Shown here: piece after piece, positions 21,915-36,241 of the stretch | Numbering within the stretch: the first letter of the stretch is position 1 | How the letters are laid out: every line of letters begins with the position of its first letter | Source: Vairimorpha necatrix | Taxonomy: Eukaryota | Length of the DNA stretch: 41,651 bases | Direction: 5' to 3' | Assembly: GCA_036630325.1 (NCBI GenBank) | Contig: CP142731.1 | Location: 1,240,001 to 1,281,651 of the forward strand | Notes under the pieces: model-generated | What the model saw: only the letters and a program-made list of their open reading frames with translations | What the model was told of the DNA's origin: nothing | Databases searched by the model: none | Position numbers and translations under genes: made by a program

Positions 21915-22689
21915 AAATTAAAATTAATATTCACTGTGTAGAAATAGATGCTGTTGGGCATACAGACGTCTCTAAATATATTATTTCAAAATTGATAGAC
22001 TAAACAAATATTATGAAAATAATTCTTGAAATGAATTGATCATTAGTTTCTAAAATATATTTACAATTCGAATTTTAATACATATAATTTGTCATTCTGT
22101 GTTTCAAAATACCATAGCTGTATATTCTATAGGGATCTAAAAGCCAATTATGGCACTCTTGATGTAAAAATTTATGAAGTTTGTTTTTATACAAACAAGA
22201 TATAGTATAAGATGGAGATCTGTTAAATTATTTCATTAGTGACAATGAAGTTTAATAAGTTTGCTTTTAGTGTTCTTTGTAAGAGAAAGAGCCATCTGGG
22301 ATCTAGATGATTTATTTTTATATAGACATTATATTAATCTGATAAATCTATACAGAGGTTTTAAAATCTTCATTTTAATATATTTATTGATTTAATGATG
22401 CGATTAGAGGCTTGTATATAAAAATATTCTCCTTAAATCTAAATGGTTACGTCGGAGATAGTGAAGCGCAAGTATTCGGTAATAGTTAAGTGAGTAGAAA
22501 TACCCTATTTTAATTGGATTGTTAACTCAATTTCTTTTGAGTTCATGTATAAGATTATATCTTCCCTTCTACTCGCAAAGAATACGAAATTTTAAATACA
22601 ATAAAGGCTATAAGTCAAAATTATGTTTTTTGAACTTTTAAATTTTTAATTATTCAAGGATGACAAGTATATATATTCAAACACCAAGA

Positions 22690-23045
22690 ATAAGAATAAA
22701 ATCATGAAAAAATAAATTATCTAAAATGTCATAATTTTGATTTTCTTTTTCATTGATGACAAGAATTTATACACATTTATAAAAAATAAGAAGTTGATAA
22801 AAATCATGAAAAAATATTTGTCTAACTTGCAATAATTTCTAATTTTAGAGTTTTGAAATTTTCATTTTTAAAATGAGGAAAATTTTATATACATATATAT
22901 ATACAATAAGACAGAAAAGAAAATTATGAAAAAATAATTAGTCTAAAATGCAATAATTTCTAATTTTAGAGATTTAAATTTTAGATTTTCCAAACTTGAC
23001 AATATATATACAAATGTAATAAGAAAGAGAAGAAAATCATGATAA
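22690..23045. repeat. Degenerate tandem repeat, 3-4 units of about 100-120 bp
   Basis: Recurrent AAAATCATGAAAAAATA...TCTAAAATG/CAATAATTTCTAATTTTAGAG near 22698, 22800 and 22920, with a partial unit near 23033. Confidence 0.7.
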
Positions 23046-24333
23046 GTAACTGAGGAAAGTAATCATCCCAAAATAATATATTCCAAACAAACTCTTATAT
23101 CATGAATGATTAAAAGTAATTATTCTTGACATTTTAAACAACCAATTAATTATTAGAAAGAGACGTATTTGTATATGTATATATAACTAAGAAGAGATAA
23201 TAATATCGACAAGTAGAAAATAATCTATTATTAAAATTCAGAATAAACAGTATTGTAAGTACCAAACTTCAAAAGTGATTCAATAGTTGTTGCGATTGAA
23301 AAATTATAATTATATCTATCGCTTGCAAACAAAGTAAAGTTAGTATGTATAATATAGAAACAAAAATAATTGGTTTAATCGTTTATTAACAAACACTGTT
23401 AAATACATTGTTTTGGAAATATTTATCTATATAATCGAACTTAGATGATCTAAGAAATTTGTATTTCGAACAGATTTTCCATAATACTACTAAATTGAAT
23501 GATCTATGTGTGACGAGTCATTTGCATACTGAGACGTGCCCTGCCCAAAAGAATAGCCATTATTGACTGGCACATCGATAGACTGAAGAAATGATTGACT
23601 TTAGATGGCAAAATGAGCAGGTATATATCTGTAATGTTGACATATAAAGATTTATATAACAAATGTTTCTTGTGTTTTAAATATCTCCAAATAGTTAATA
23701 GCATTTTACATAAACATGACACTTTTAGTGGAAGACTAGGAAAGATATACATTAAGAATCGAAAAGCGCAGAAAAAAACGAACAAATTAAAAGATAACAC
23801 AAATATACCTTATTTGGGGCGTAAATCAACCTCGAAGTCTATATATTAAAAAAAATAAAAATTATATGATACTAGAAATTCAAAATGCCAACAAAATTTA
23901 TAAGCTTTTACTAAGATATGTGTAGATATGATTAAGATGCCAAGTGCTTAATATAAATATACTAAGAAATAAAAATCATATTAATAAGTTCACATTTATT
24001 GCAACAATCAGATGTATCTTTGTTTTCTAGAATGTAATACCCAGAATCAATTACATAATATCTTTTATTCGTACAGACTTAACATATTGAACGACGTTTT
24101 TAATGTTATATAATAAGAAATTATGTTTGTTTCTGAGTTATAACAATAGTGATTAATTAACAAAGAAAAAATATTCCGTATGCAAAAAGAATAAACAAAT
24201 TATAGTAAAGAACCAAATCAATAAAAATTAAGTATTGTAAACAATTAAACTATTGTTCTCTTTGGCAATATAATAGTAAAAATCTAAAAATAAATAAAAG
24301 ACAAAATAAAAAAGAAAATTTACTTATCTTATA

Positions 24334-24493
24334 TGTTAAATAAAGTTTCTCCTTCCTTTTCATAATATTTTTAGATGGGTAAAATATTTATTTATTATTT
24401 ATAGTAAATATTTTACAGTAGATACTTTGGGTAAGTATCTACAATAAAGTAATTACAGGATAATCTCTGTAACTAGATTATCATCCTGTAACA
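24334..24493 (-). mobile_element. Solo LTR (160 bp), same family as 5449-5587
   Basis: TGTT...AACA termini with TSD TTATA (24329-24333 and 24494-24498). The reverse complement aligns with 5449-5587. Confidence 0.88.
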
Positions 24494-27400
24494 TTATATA
24501 TTCTAAAAATATAATGTCAGTAAAAAGACGTAATTATTATAATTCTAAAGGACTTATTATAGAGATTTTGACCTAAAATAAAAAAATAGGAGAGAAATAA
24601 TCGGTTATTTAAGATAGTAAAATGAACAAAAGTTGAAAATAAAGGAAATATAAAGTGGGAAATGACGAGATTATAATTATTTGTGATTTTAATAAAAAAT
24701 AAACCCATTTTTTTACAACATATATACAATAGAGTAATAGAACCCCGCAATTTAATATTTGATATGTTTAGATTTCATAATGTTAACATTTTATTGTAAA
24801 ATTATATAATCTTGACAATAAAAAAATTTCATTTTGGATTACTATATTTTTTGAATATTACAGAGATGAAAATATTTTTCATAAGATGGGGTGAATGATC
24901 ATTTAAATATAACATATCTAAAAAACAATTAAATTGATATATTTTTTAATTACACCCCTAATAGATATACTTTCTGTTTACAAATAATTAGACTATCTAA
25001 ATCATACACAATTCAAATAGAGAAGAGGACGCTATATATAATAGAAAAGAAAACAAATAAAAAGATTACAGACCGTAAAAATAGTTATAAAACTGTACAC
25101 TAAATCGAATTTATTGTTCACATTAGATATTATACCATGGATTTAATAATTGAAGACATAAATTTTGACTGAACCTTCCTGGGATTGATTTGGTTGCAAA
25201 TTAAATTTTTATAAAAAATGCACATATTTTATTTATGTTCTATAAAAAAAGGAAAGGAACTTTATATACACATTATATTACTTTAATACTATTTTGACAC
25301 AAAATAAGGTATGCAGGAAACGAATTAAATCGTTTCGTCCTTATTTCTAATTTCTAAAACCAAATTCCGTACACTAATTTTAATTTGGCAGAAAAACAAA
25401 TCCCTAGATGAAAGATTATCGAAATGTCGTTTTGCAATTAAAATTTTGATGTTTTGTTCAAGCCATTTGTAATATTTAGGTGAAAATATATATATGCGAG
25501 AAAGTAATATTTACAAAATTAAACAAACAATTTCTTTGAAAAACAGTTCAATATTTATTTTAGATAAATCAGTGGCTTACATTCCTCGTATAAAGAACAA
25601 GGAACACATATATCATTTTTAAAATAGCAATACTGTCATTGTTATTTGTTTTTTTCGTAAATCCGAACCTAATCCTCTATCGTATAACAAAACATAAGGT
25701 TACACATTTGATAATCTTTATATATTTTTAGATTGGAATGATACTGTTTCTTTGATAGAGATATATTGTTTTAATAAATCTCAGTTGTGGATAAAATCTA
25801 GACAAGAAATAAATATGAAAATTACCTTATAAAACCTAAGTGAAATACGCTTAATACGTATAATTCATGTCGAATTAATATGATCAACTTGTTATAAGAA
25901 TTTAATATTAAGCAAAGCCGCATGATTCAATGTATCTATGTAACATCAAAAATAAGATAAATTATTAGTTGAAAAATACATCATGTTAAATATAATAATT
26001 CAAGTTTTTATATTATTTAAATATTATTTGAAAGTGACAAGAAACGTATCTACAATAAAAATATAATACAAGGATCAAAATGATGCAAATCTAACACACT
26101 CGTAAAAATCAAAAACAACTTGCATTATAGACATAAAACTATCTATGTAGAAATTTTTAAGTTAATAAATTTGAATATAAAACTTGCATTAGCAATATAA
26201 TATATAAATTAAATAAAAAAAAATATGTATAATACAAAATAACAAACCGTTTTTTGATAATTTTTAAAATAAATAGTGTAATATAAGAAAAATTTACATA
26301 TAGAGTATTAATAAACTGAAAACGAATGTTCTATATATAAATTAGAGATGATTATTGTATAAAAAATGATAAGTAATATTGTATATGGTAGCTTTTTATA
26401 ACTTTTTTAAAATTATATTTTTTGTAGTAGACATTGAATATGTAGAACATTTTGAAAATATTTTTCAGAAATAAAATGAACATCCAGTCCTTTATCTTTA
26501 AGATTAACATCACTAGAAAAAAACATTTTAACTAGGCCTTTTCTATAATGACTATAAGATTTACGTTTTTAAAAAACTTTTTGTTCCCCGCACGACGAAG
26601 TTTTTTTGATAGTCATTAAAAAATTTTATGTAACAATGGGCTTTAAAAAATACAAAAATAGAACTTTACTATTAATGAACAACTTCACTTACAATTAGAG
26701 ATAAAATCGATGTTTAAATCGACCGTGTTTTCAAAAAGAGGCCAGTTTTTTAAAAAAACATTACTGATGCAGTGTTTAATGAAATTTGTTAATGGCGAAT
26801 TAACGTCTAAAGAATTTATCTAGGATCATCTTTTATTCTTTTATACGATTCTATATCCCATTTTCCAAAATTTGAATAACTGGTGGTCAAAGAAGTTCGT
26901 AGAAAGCAGGATCGAATTTTAGTGATGTTAGAAGTCGCGTAAAAGATTCATGTAATGATAAGTGTTATTTGTGTTAGTAAATTATGTACATGGTTTTGCA
27001 ATTTAGAATTTATTTAAATCCTAGTTTCTTATCAGCAGTATTTCTTGACGATGTAATATAAAGGTAGATCAAAACATATGTTCTAAAACGAAAAAATTTT
27101 ACAATATGTACTTTCTGTAGTTTGTATGAGAATTCAAATTGGCATTTATCAATAAACTCTATACACGAAACGTATGAGAACAAATTCATTGTTAACAAAA
27201 TTCTAAGTAATGGTTCTCTCTTATCTTTCATGGGAAAAATAAAAATTAAGAAGAGAGTAATATTATGGGAAAAGAAGAGAATGTCTAGAAATATTATCTA
27301 ATGAATGATCATTAACATTTACAAAAAATTTATAACAATCGAAATGCGAAATTATTATATAAGAAATTTAGCATATAATAAAATTTGAAAGTTTTTGCAT

Positions 27401-28753
27401 ACACTAAATGATGGTAAAATATATTTTTTTTCGAAAACCCCACATTGTAATAGCATGCTGACAAAGCTTCTATATCGGATTTTTTTGCCTTTATTAGTTA
27501 TCATACAATTCTAGATAATATATAAGTAATAATTAGAGACCAAATTATCATATAAACTGTTTACAGTTATAATTAAGATGAATCAGTAAAACAAAATTAT
27601 TCAAATGTAAAGTTATAAATAATTAGAACATTATATAAATACCAAATTAAAGATTGTCATTTATTATAATGAATAATCAAATGAGTTTAATAAATAAAAA
27701 TGTCATAAACACGTATATATGATATAAATTTTTATAAATAAATAAGAATAATTATTATATATATATATATATATATATCAGTAAAAATCTAGAGTTTAGT
27801 ATAAATAAAAATATATTTAGAAAAAACATGTTGGCCATGTAAAAGAAGGTGTGTAGTAATTTGGTTGTCGGTAATGAATTTTGCTTTTTTTTAATGATAA
27901 AGATAATTAAAACAACGGATTATATTACAATAAAAACTAAATTAAGGAAAAATCATCAGATCAAGCCTTGTAGAATTCTAATATTTTTTATCATTGCGAG
28001 GTTCATATTAATCTTGTTTATTATATTTAATGAAACTAATCTTTTTGTAATATTTAAGTTTATATATTTTGGGATCTGAAATTATCTCTATTTAAGGAAA
28101 TAATTTTTAAAACATATTTTGATTAAACATAAATGATATATTAAAAATTTAAATAAGATAGTTTATAGAGTATAATGAAGAAGATATATATACATTTGAA
28201 TAAAAATATAATATTAATATTGTTGTGTTATATAAAATAAAAAATATGTTAAACTATCAAATACAATAAGAAAGTAGAAGCGTACATTAAGATGATTAAC
28301 AGAGAAGACAAACGAAAGCAATCCAATAGACTACCGAAGAGATGTGAAGGTTACGATTTGAAAAAAATCTATGAGCCGAGAAGCTGCCCACAAACAGGAG
28401 ACGCTAACGCGGAGCCTATTCAGAATATACTAGAATATTCAACACACATAAGCATATTCCGAAATAATTCATTTTTTATAATAGAAAAATATTAGTAATT
28501 ATGTTGTATTTATTTGTTAAGATTGTTTATATATATATTATAACAATGGAATTTACTATTTTATTTTCTGAAATAAACTATATTGTTTCCATATTTAGAT
28601 AGGAATTAAACATAAAAACAATAAATAAATATATGACAAATTAATAATATTTTTTTTCTTTATGGAGTATCTACACATCTTATGATCTAACATGTAGCCT
28701 GATCCGAAGTTGAAGTGGTGAGTCTAAACTAACATATATCATCATCATCATCA

Positions 28754-29267
28754 TCATATATATAAAAGAATTTTATTTAATTTTTTACCCCTCTTTTTTG
28801 TGGTTTTAAAATTTCTAAACTATGTATTTTGATCTTATTAAGTTATAAAAATAGTTTTTTTAGATTTAATGTTTCAATTTGATAATTGTAGATGCGTATA
28901 CTATATGTTAATACTTTTTTGTTTTTTATAAATTTTTTGTAAAACTCAGTTCCAAAATATCGTCAGAATCGTTTTTTAGAATTTATTTAACCCTTCCACA
29001 AAAATTCATAAAACAATTAACCATTTCGGATTTCGAATGATAAGTGTCAAATTTTGAACTAAAAAACATTTAGAAGTTATAGCATTGAATTTTATATAAT
29101 AATTTGAATCGAATTCTGTATTTAAGTCTGCCAATAATTTAATATTTACTGTTGTTAAGAATTGTATTTTCTCCTTTTCTTATTCCAACCCAAAATGGTA
29201 AATCAAAAGAAAAATGCAATGCGCACACACATTAATCCCGTTTTCAAAACGGGAAAGCATACGCTAG
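28754..29267 (+). mobile_element. Non-autonomous Helitron, copy 1 (about 514 bp)
   Basis: 5' TC after A; 3' hairpin CCCGTTTTCAAAACGGG followed 10 nt later by CTAG; no TSD. The 5' boundary is slightly ambiguous because of the (ATC)n run. Confidence 0.82.
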
Positions 29268-29786
29268 TCATATATATAAAAGAATTTTATTTAATTTTTT
29301 ACCCCTCTTTTTTGTGAATTTGAAATTTCTAAACGATACATTTTGAGCCTTTTACGTTAATATAATATCATATATAGATTTAATGTTTCAATTTGATAAT
29401 TATAGATGCGTATACTATATGTTAATACTTTTCGTTTTTAATAAAGTTTTTTGTAAAACTCAGTTCCAAAATATCGTCAGAATCGTTTTTTAGAATTTAT
29501 TTAACCCTTCCACGAAAAATTGCAAATTAATTTATTAATAAAGATTTTGAATATAAATGTCAAAACTTGAGCTTAGAAAATCCCAAAATTATCTCATTAT
29601 AATTATTAAATATTTTAGCTCAACTTTACTCCTTATATGTTACTAAAAAGTATTTTTTAAAATCATGTTTCCCCTTTCTAAATTCATTCATCCCAAAATG
29701 GAAACTTAACAAAATTAAAAGGGGAAATACATATTAAAAAACTAAACATGTAAATCCCGTTTTTAAAACGGGAAAGCATACGCTAG
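29268..29786 (+). mobile_element. Non-autonomous Helitron, copy 2 (519 bp)
   Basis: Starts TCATATATATAAAAGAA like copy 1. Ends CCCGTTTTTAAAACGGGAAAGCATACGCTAG followed by T. Confidence 0.85.
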
Positions 29787-29858
29787 TTGATTTATATTAT
29801 TTGTTTGTTTTGCTGCTCATCGGAATTGTAGGTCAGGGACAAATTCCGTTTAAATAGT

Positions 29859-30042
29859 CAATTAGATTAACTGTCAAACTCTTTGAGATGTAAACAAACA
29901 TGAAACCAAAGATCTACTGAATCAGTAGTACTTTATGTATCATGCACTTTTCTTACTTTTAGTTTGTGAATGTCAAACATGTCTAATGTTTATTTACAAT
30001 ACTCTGAGATGTTTGACAGTACCAATAATCATTGTCTAATTG
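29859..30042. repeat. Imperfect inverted repeat (fold-back)
   Basis: CAATTAGA / TCTAATTG, ACTGTCAAAC (29870) / GTTTGACAGT (30011), TGTAAACAAACAT / ATGTTTATTTACA. Confidence 0.6.
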
Positions 30043-33000
30043 GAAGCCGTATCGTCAGCGCAGGTCTCGTGCTTCATGACATCTGATTTAATTTTATAAT
30101 TGATATTTCGAAATTTTTTTTTGCACAATTTAGTACATTTTTTTAGAGGTTGCCAACGTAAGTATCTGTATAATTAATATTATAAGAAATTTAGATTTAT
30201 TTGTCTTTTCGTATGAGTACGTAAGTATATAATTTGCTGTTCAAAAAATAATTATGGAACGCATCATGTGCAGAATCGACATAAAAATAAAAAAATTGAA
30301 AGCAAGTTGTCATAGCCTGATGCTATGTCAAGAATTTTTGATATTTAATTTTTATCAAAAATTTCATTAACCATTTTTTACAAAAAATATTTAAATAAAA
30401 ATTTAAAAAGAAGGGTAAGACGAAATGAGGAGAAATGAAATTAATCAAGAGAGGCCTAGACCAGGACAAGGGTCAAGATATAATGAATTTAACAATTTAA
30501 AAAATAAAAGTATTTTAAGTATATTAGAGAACTATTTTAAAGACGGGTGTTATCCCCGTGGGCATGACACAAGTTAAACATATTAAATCGGCTTTGGACA
30601 AATACGTTAATTAAACGATATATTTATTTCTTTTTGCAAGATAAAAACATATTTTTCAAAACAAGTAAATTAGATTCTTTCAAAAAGAAATGAAAACACA
30701 ATCATTGAGTGATTTAATTACAAGAAATGTCTGACACTATATATTAATCATTTAAGACATATAATTTAGTCTAACAATATATTTGTTGAATAAATTAGGA
30801 CATATTTATATACAAGAAATAAGATTATAAATCTATCTAAAATAATTTAGGTATATGCATTAAAGTATTTAAATAAATGTTATAAAACCAAAACTTGATA
30901 AACTAAATACAAAGGTTTTATGGAAGTGTGTAATAACGATTACATCATAAGGACAGTTTTCAAAGTTTACTCTGTCAAATATTCACCAACAACGTTCCAA
31001 CACATCAATAATACAACAAAAAATGAAAAATTTACAATATGTGTTTATCCATGCAAAATAATTAACCTTTAACTTACGTGGCTAAAAAATGATTACAATA
31101 AAAATAAAATTTAAAAAAAAAGTTTGTGTATGAAGGGCAAGGAATATCTATGAAGCAAGTACATAATCATAAAGTTATTAATAGTAAAATATTTTTAGTC
31201 TTCAAAGTTTTATCTATGAAGAACAGAGAAATAAAGAAAAAATAAAAAGGAGCATATTGGTTATAAGAAAAGATATTTTTAAAACGAACTCTACAATCTA
31301 TCTAAATTAACAACGTAGGTAATAACAAGATAATTTAAATTTGATCTTTCGCTTTTTCATTTGGTATAAATACGAAAGCAAACAAATAAAATTTCTTTTA
31401 CGATCAATATAGCACTGTTTTAGAAGTGATACAAATAATATTCATTTATTATAACTAGATAGTAAAGGTATTATAAAGAAAAGATATACATATGATTCAT
31501 ACATATTGCTTTGCAAGATAAATACATAAGAATTCAAAATAAAGATATACGATCAAGATATTATATGAAATATAATTTTCTTTTATATAAAAATCTACGC
31601 CAAAATAAACAAAAATAAATCCCAATATTGCATATAGTATAATTTAAATACAATTAACACAAGCAATGAAGTTTTTTTTTAATTATCTAGAACATATCAG
31701 ACGATTTTATAAATGAAAATTATACTAAAAAATCAACTATATTATATTTATATATGTCTAATAAGTACACGTTATTCTGTATAATAATTTCTAATGGTAA
31801 AAAAACGAAAACAAATATTATATAAAAATTTTAAACGAATTTCGATCAACCTCGTATATTACATTTTTTTGGTTTATAGAATTCTAAAGAAGTTTCAGTT
31901 ATTAAACATTGTAGGCTTTTGAAATCGAAATTGGTAAAAAAACAAATGTCAAAAATATATAATTTGTTCTTTACAATCATACTGACCACCCAAAATTAGA
32001 AACTATGACCAAAAAATTCTAAAAAATAAAATCATTAATACTTTTATCATATTTATAAAAATATTTCTTTTATTATTAATTGAAATAAAAAAATAAAACA
32101 ATTCAAATATCTATCGGTTAAATATTTAAGAATTGCTCTTTCGTTATATATAATACCTTCTAAATCCGTAAAGTATAATATTTTTATATAATAATTTGAT
32201 CAAAATTTAAGTTTGAAAATCGAAATATTATAAAAAGAGGTCATTTACGAAAGAAAAAAAATTCCAAATTCAATCAACAATTATCGTAAAATTATATTTT
32301 CATTGAAAAAAATAATGTTTTAATGTATAATTAGAAGAATTAAAGAAAATTATATTAAATTTACAATATAAAATAGGACTTATTCATTGTAAAATCGTTC
32401 AGTAACGGTAAAAAGTATTTTACTTAGAATCAACATTTATGTTATTGATTTTAAAAAATCCTAGGGAAAACCTACTTAAATATATTTTCCATATTATAAT
32501 ATAATAAGAAATAATAAGTAAATTTTCAATTATGAATATATATAAAAAATAACACATACAATTCAATACAAGGTTATTTTAAATAAACGTTTTTGAGATT
32601 TTGAAAAAGGCGTCGCAAATTCCAAAAAAATAAAACCAAAATACGGGGGAATAGAAATGCATATAAATCTAATACAGTTAATAACAAAAATAGAATTAAT
32701 TATGAAATGCTATATTTATTAAAGAATCTTTTATACCATAGTTACACGCAAACGGAATATATTTCAAAATTTTTATATTTAAGCAGAAAATAATTTTAAT
32801 TAATATAAAGAGTAATAACATAAAATAAACATGATTAACACTAGCTAAATTTAAATTTAAAACCCTCACATAAAACATGTTAATACAAGATAAATATTTC
32901 TCAATTATAATACTATATAATATTTCACCTGGACGTTTTCAAGATTATTTACAAAAAAATAAAAAAAAGTCGAAAAGATAGAATTGGATATATTAAATAT

Positions 33001-36000
33001 TAACATAATGGTAATACTTCGGAAAAACATATAAAAATCTTAGAAAAAACACCTAAATAATATTTTAATATCGTTAGTCTCGAAAATTTAAAGTATTCTT
33101 AAGAAATTAAATTTTTAGAATATATAATAATTCATTTACACATATTTAAATAAAAAAATAAAAATTTTATTATATAGCAAAAAAATGAAATATTATTAGT
33201 TAAAAGACTAAACTTAAAATTCCTATTTTAAATAAAAAATTTCGTTCTTTGTCTTATAATTATCAGATATTTAAAATTTTTAGATTAAAAATTTGAATAT
33301 AACCGTTATATTCAATATTTTTATAGTAAAATTGAAATTTAATTTTGATATTATATATTGTCTATAATTCAATAAATGCGTTAGATTAATTTTAAGTATG
33401 AAAAGGTCAAGAAAAGTTATACTTTAATATAAATTTTTAATACACAAAGATTTATCAACAAGTAAAATAAACATAATGCCAATAAAAATCTTTGAAAAAA
33501 CTAATATATTTCGAAATGCAATTTCAATAAAGATAATTGAGGTTAATATTACAAAAATAATTTTTAAAAGAAAATATATTTAAGGTAGTAGGATAACTTT
33601 TTTTAAAAAAACATATTGGACTAAAACTCGTTTTGAAAATAAATATTAATATCTGAAATAGTTAATAAAAAATATCAAACTAAACGTACAAATAATTTTA
33701 GATAAGTAAAAAGAAGAAGATTTTCATAAAATTAAATTTTTACGACTAATAAATCTAGAAGTCTCAACCACTAAAACGAAAATAATATTTTTTGATCATT
33801 AAATTGAATTTTATATTTTAAAATTTTGCTCAAAATAATACACATACGACTAATTAGAATAAGTAATAGTTTTAGAACATATAACGACGTAATCCTTTTT
33901 AAAAATAATATATCAATCGAAAAATAACAATGCAATATATTACACCTACATTGTTAAACATGATGATATATTCAACCTACACGAGAAACATATGATTCAA
34001 TAACGAAAAATTTCAAAATTATTAAAAATAATCTATTAAAAATTTTTATATATTTGTATTTCAAAAGAAACCATATCAAGGAGGGTTTTATAAAATTGTA
34101 GATTAAACTTATTAAATTACAATCAATATTTCATAAAATTTATAAATGATTTAAATCATTCTAATAGTACAAAATTCAATACTATTTATCGCAAGGAAAT
34201 ATTGATAAGTTCTTCATATTTAAAAACTCATTTTTTTTATGCTTAACTTGTGTTTTTAAAATTTTTTTAAAAATGTAGCATATATAAACCAAATAATATC
34301 AAGAAAATTCATAAATAAAAATTTAAAGTTTTAAAGAAACATAAAGACATGCGACGAAAATAAAATATAAACATCTATAGAGGAACACAACGAACGACAT
34401 TGCATTCTGTTATCATTTATTACAACAGTGTTTTGAAATTTGGTTATAATCTGTAAAAATATTATAAAATAAAATACAAAAAATTATTTCAATGGAAATA
34501 ATGATAAAAATCTGAGAAATAAATCTAATAATGGTCAGAAACATATTAAATACATTTCAAATGATAAGATAATAAATATTCACACAAATTGTAAATTTAT
34601 ACACAAAACTGAGCTGGAAATGAATTTCGTATTTCTTCATGTGAAGTTTCTAGTAAATATCATATATTCCACGGATTTATTTTTAATACTATAATTATGA
34701 TGGGAAAGAAATCAAAATAAATACAGAATTAGTAAATTTATTGAAAAATATCTTACACTAACCGAAGAATCAAAAAATTTAAATCAATAAGAGCTAAGAA
34801 GGGATAATAAAAAGTATAAATAACCCCAATGCAGCTAATATATAGATATTTATATAAATTTAAAACTAATATAATGTAAGAGCATATAATTTAAAAAAAA
34901 ATCTTATCTTTAATAATGACAGAAAATAGTTTAAATAAAATATTTTAATGCATAAACCCAATTACATATTAAACATAGATGCGGTTGACGATTTCTAATA
35001 ATTATAAAATTTTATTATTTTAAATATTAATTGATAAAAAAATATAATAAAAATTTGATAAATTAAATTTTAAATATTTTAACAAAAAAATCTTTATGAA
35101 TTTTTTGGAATAAACATTTTGATTTTCGTAGAATAAAATCAATCTAATGATTTTATTAAAAATTAAAATTTTATATAAACCCTGAATTGGTTTTATCATA
35201 AAAAATTACATTTTAACATAACACATTGTGTAAAACATTTTCATAGAGGTTGTTAAGTTACTTTCAACTATCCGCAATTTTTTACGCAATAATTTTGAAT
35301 ATACAACATATCTGAATCGAAAAAATTTATCAATATTAACTGATTATCAAATATTAAAACTGGTTCTCTTCATAATTGAAATTATATGATGATCAAGCAA
35401 GAAGTACATCGAAAGTTGTAGAAGATAATATAAAACAAAACTAGGAGATTATGATCACATAATCAAATATTTTTCTTATAGAATGTATTTTTTAATTATC
35501 TAATATTTTCACTCCCTCTTATTTTTAAAATATTATATTTACTACCATAAAAAATTGAATCCCAAAGAGAACATAAAAAATAGACAAAATATCATTTGTA
35601 ATTTTAAAAGACTTCCTGAACAGTTGGGCAAATACATAGATAAATAAGATTGTACATTAGAAGAAGCCGCATCCCTATGCAGAGCCAAGAAGATATAAAT
35701 ATTCAATAAAAAAATCAAAAAAAAAATTTTTCTAAAATTTTTTATTCTATAAAAATAAATTAAATCATATTACTTTAGATATATCAAAATTTTTTTCATT
35801 GATCTATTTTAATATCACATAATTTTATAATGAAATATTTAAATTTAATTAGTTATTCGTATTGTATTTTCACACAAACGCTGAAATCGCGTCCTTAATG
35901 TTTCCAAATTATTACGTCCTTTTACTTTCTTTAAATAATGATTCAATGTTATTTTATAAAGTGGTTATCATGAGCTTCCCTAAGAGTATAAGCTCCTATG

Positions 36001-36241
36001 TCTGTATATATGCATTAATACGTCATTCTAGATCTTAGAAATTGGTATAATTTCCCTAAAAAATTATATTTTATATAATACAAATATTTCAAGTAAAAAA
36101 TATGTTAAAACGCAAGAATGACCTTTTTTACAGAAAAATATATATTACAAAATATAGAAAAAATTTCATACTTTTACAATATATTATTACATAAATTTAT
36201 TCGCAGTTTTACACCAAAAATACTTTAACTTTTAATTATAA

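Noticed and set aside
22089-22325. Kinase-like words FYRDLKAN and AIWDL
   Set aside because: No DFG, APE or glycine-rich loop, and the frame is broken; cannot be distinguished from chance without a profile search.
27756-27778. (TA)n microsatellite; also a G-run near 3998-4008
   Set aside because: Ordinary simple repeats with no associated structure.
28693-30081. Possible TG...CA solo LTR enclosing the Helitron pair
   Set aside because: Flanks TAACA and TCTGA do not form a TSD, so the boundaries are unsupported.
30543-30574. ACGGG...CCCGT hairpin followed by CAAGT, like a Helitron 3' end
   Set aside because: No CTRR terminus and no matching 5' end or second copy in the window.
23504-32878. 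Scattered 60-100 aa ORFs in the AT-rich region (e.g. 23595, 24517, 27010, 27849, 28292, 32696)
   Set aside because: Low-complexity F/I/K/L/N/Y composition expected by chance in AT-rich DNA; several use non-ATG starts and none has domain motifs.
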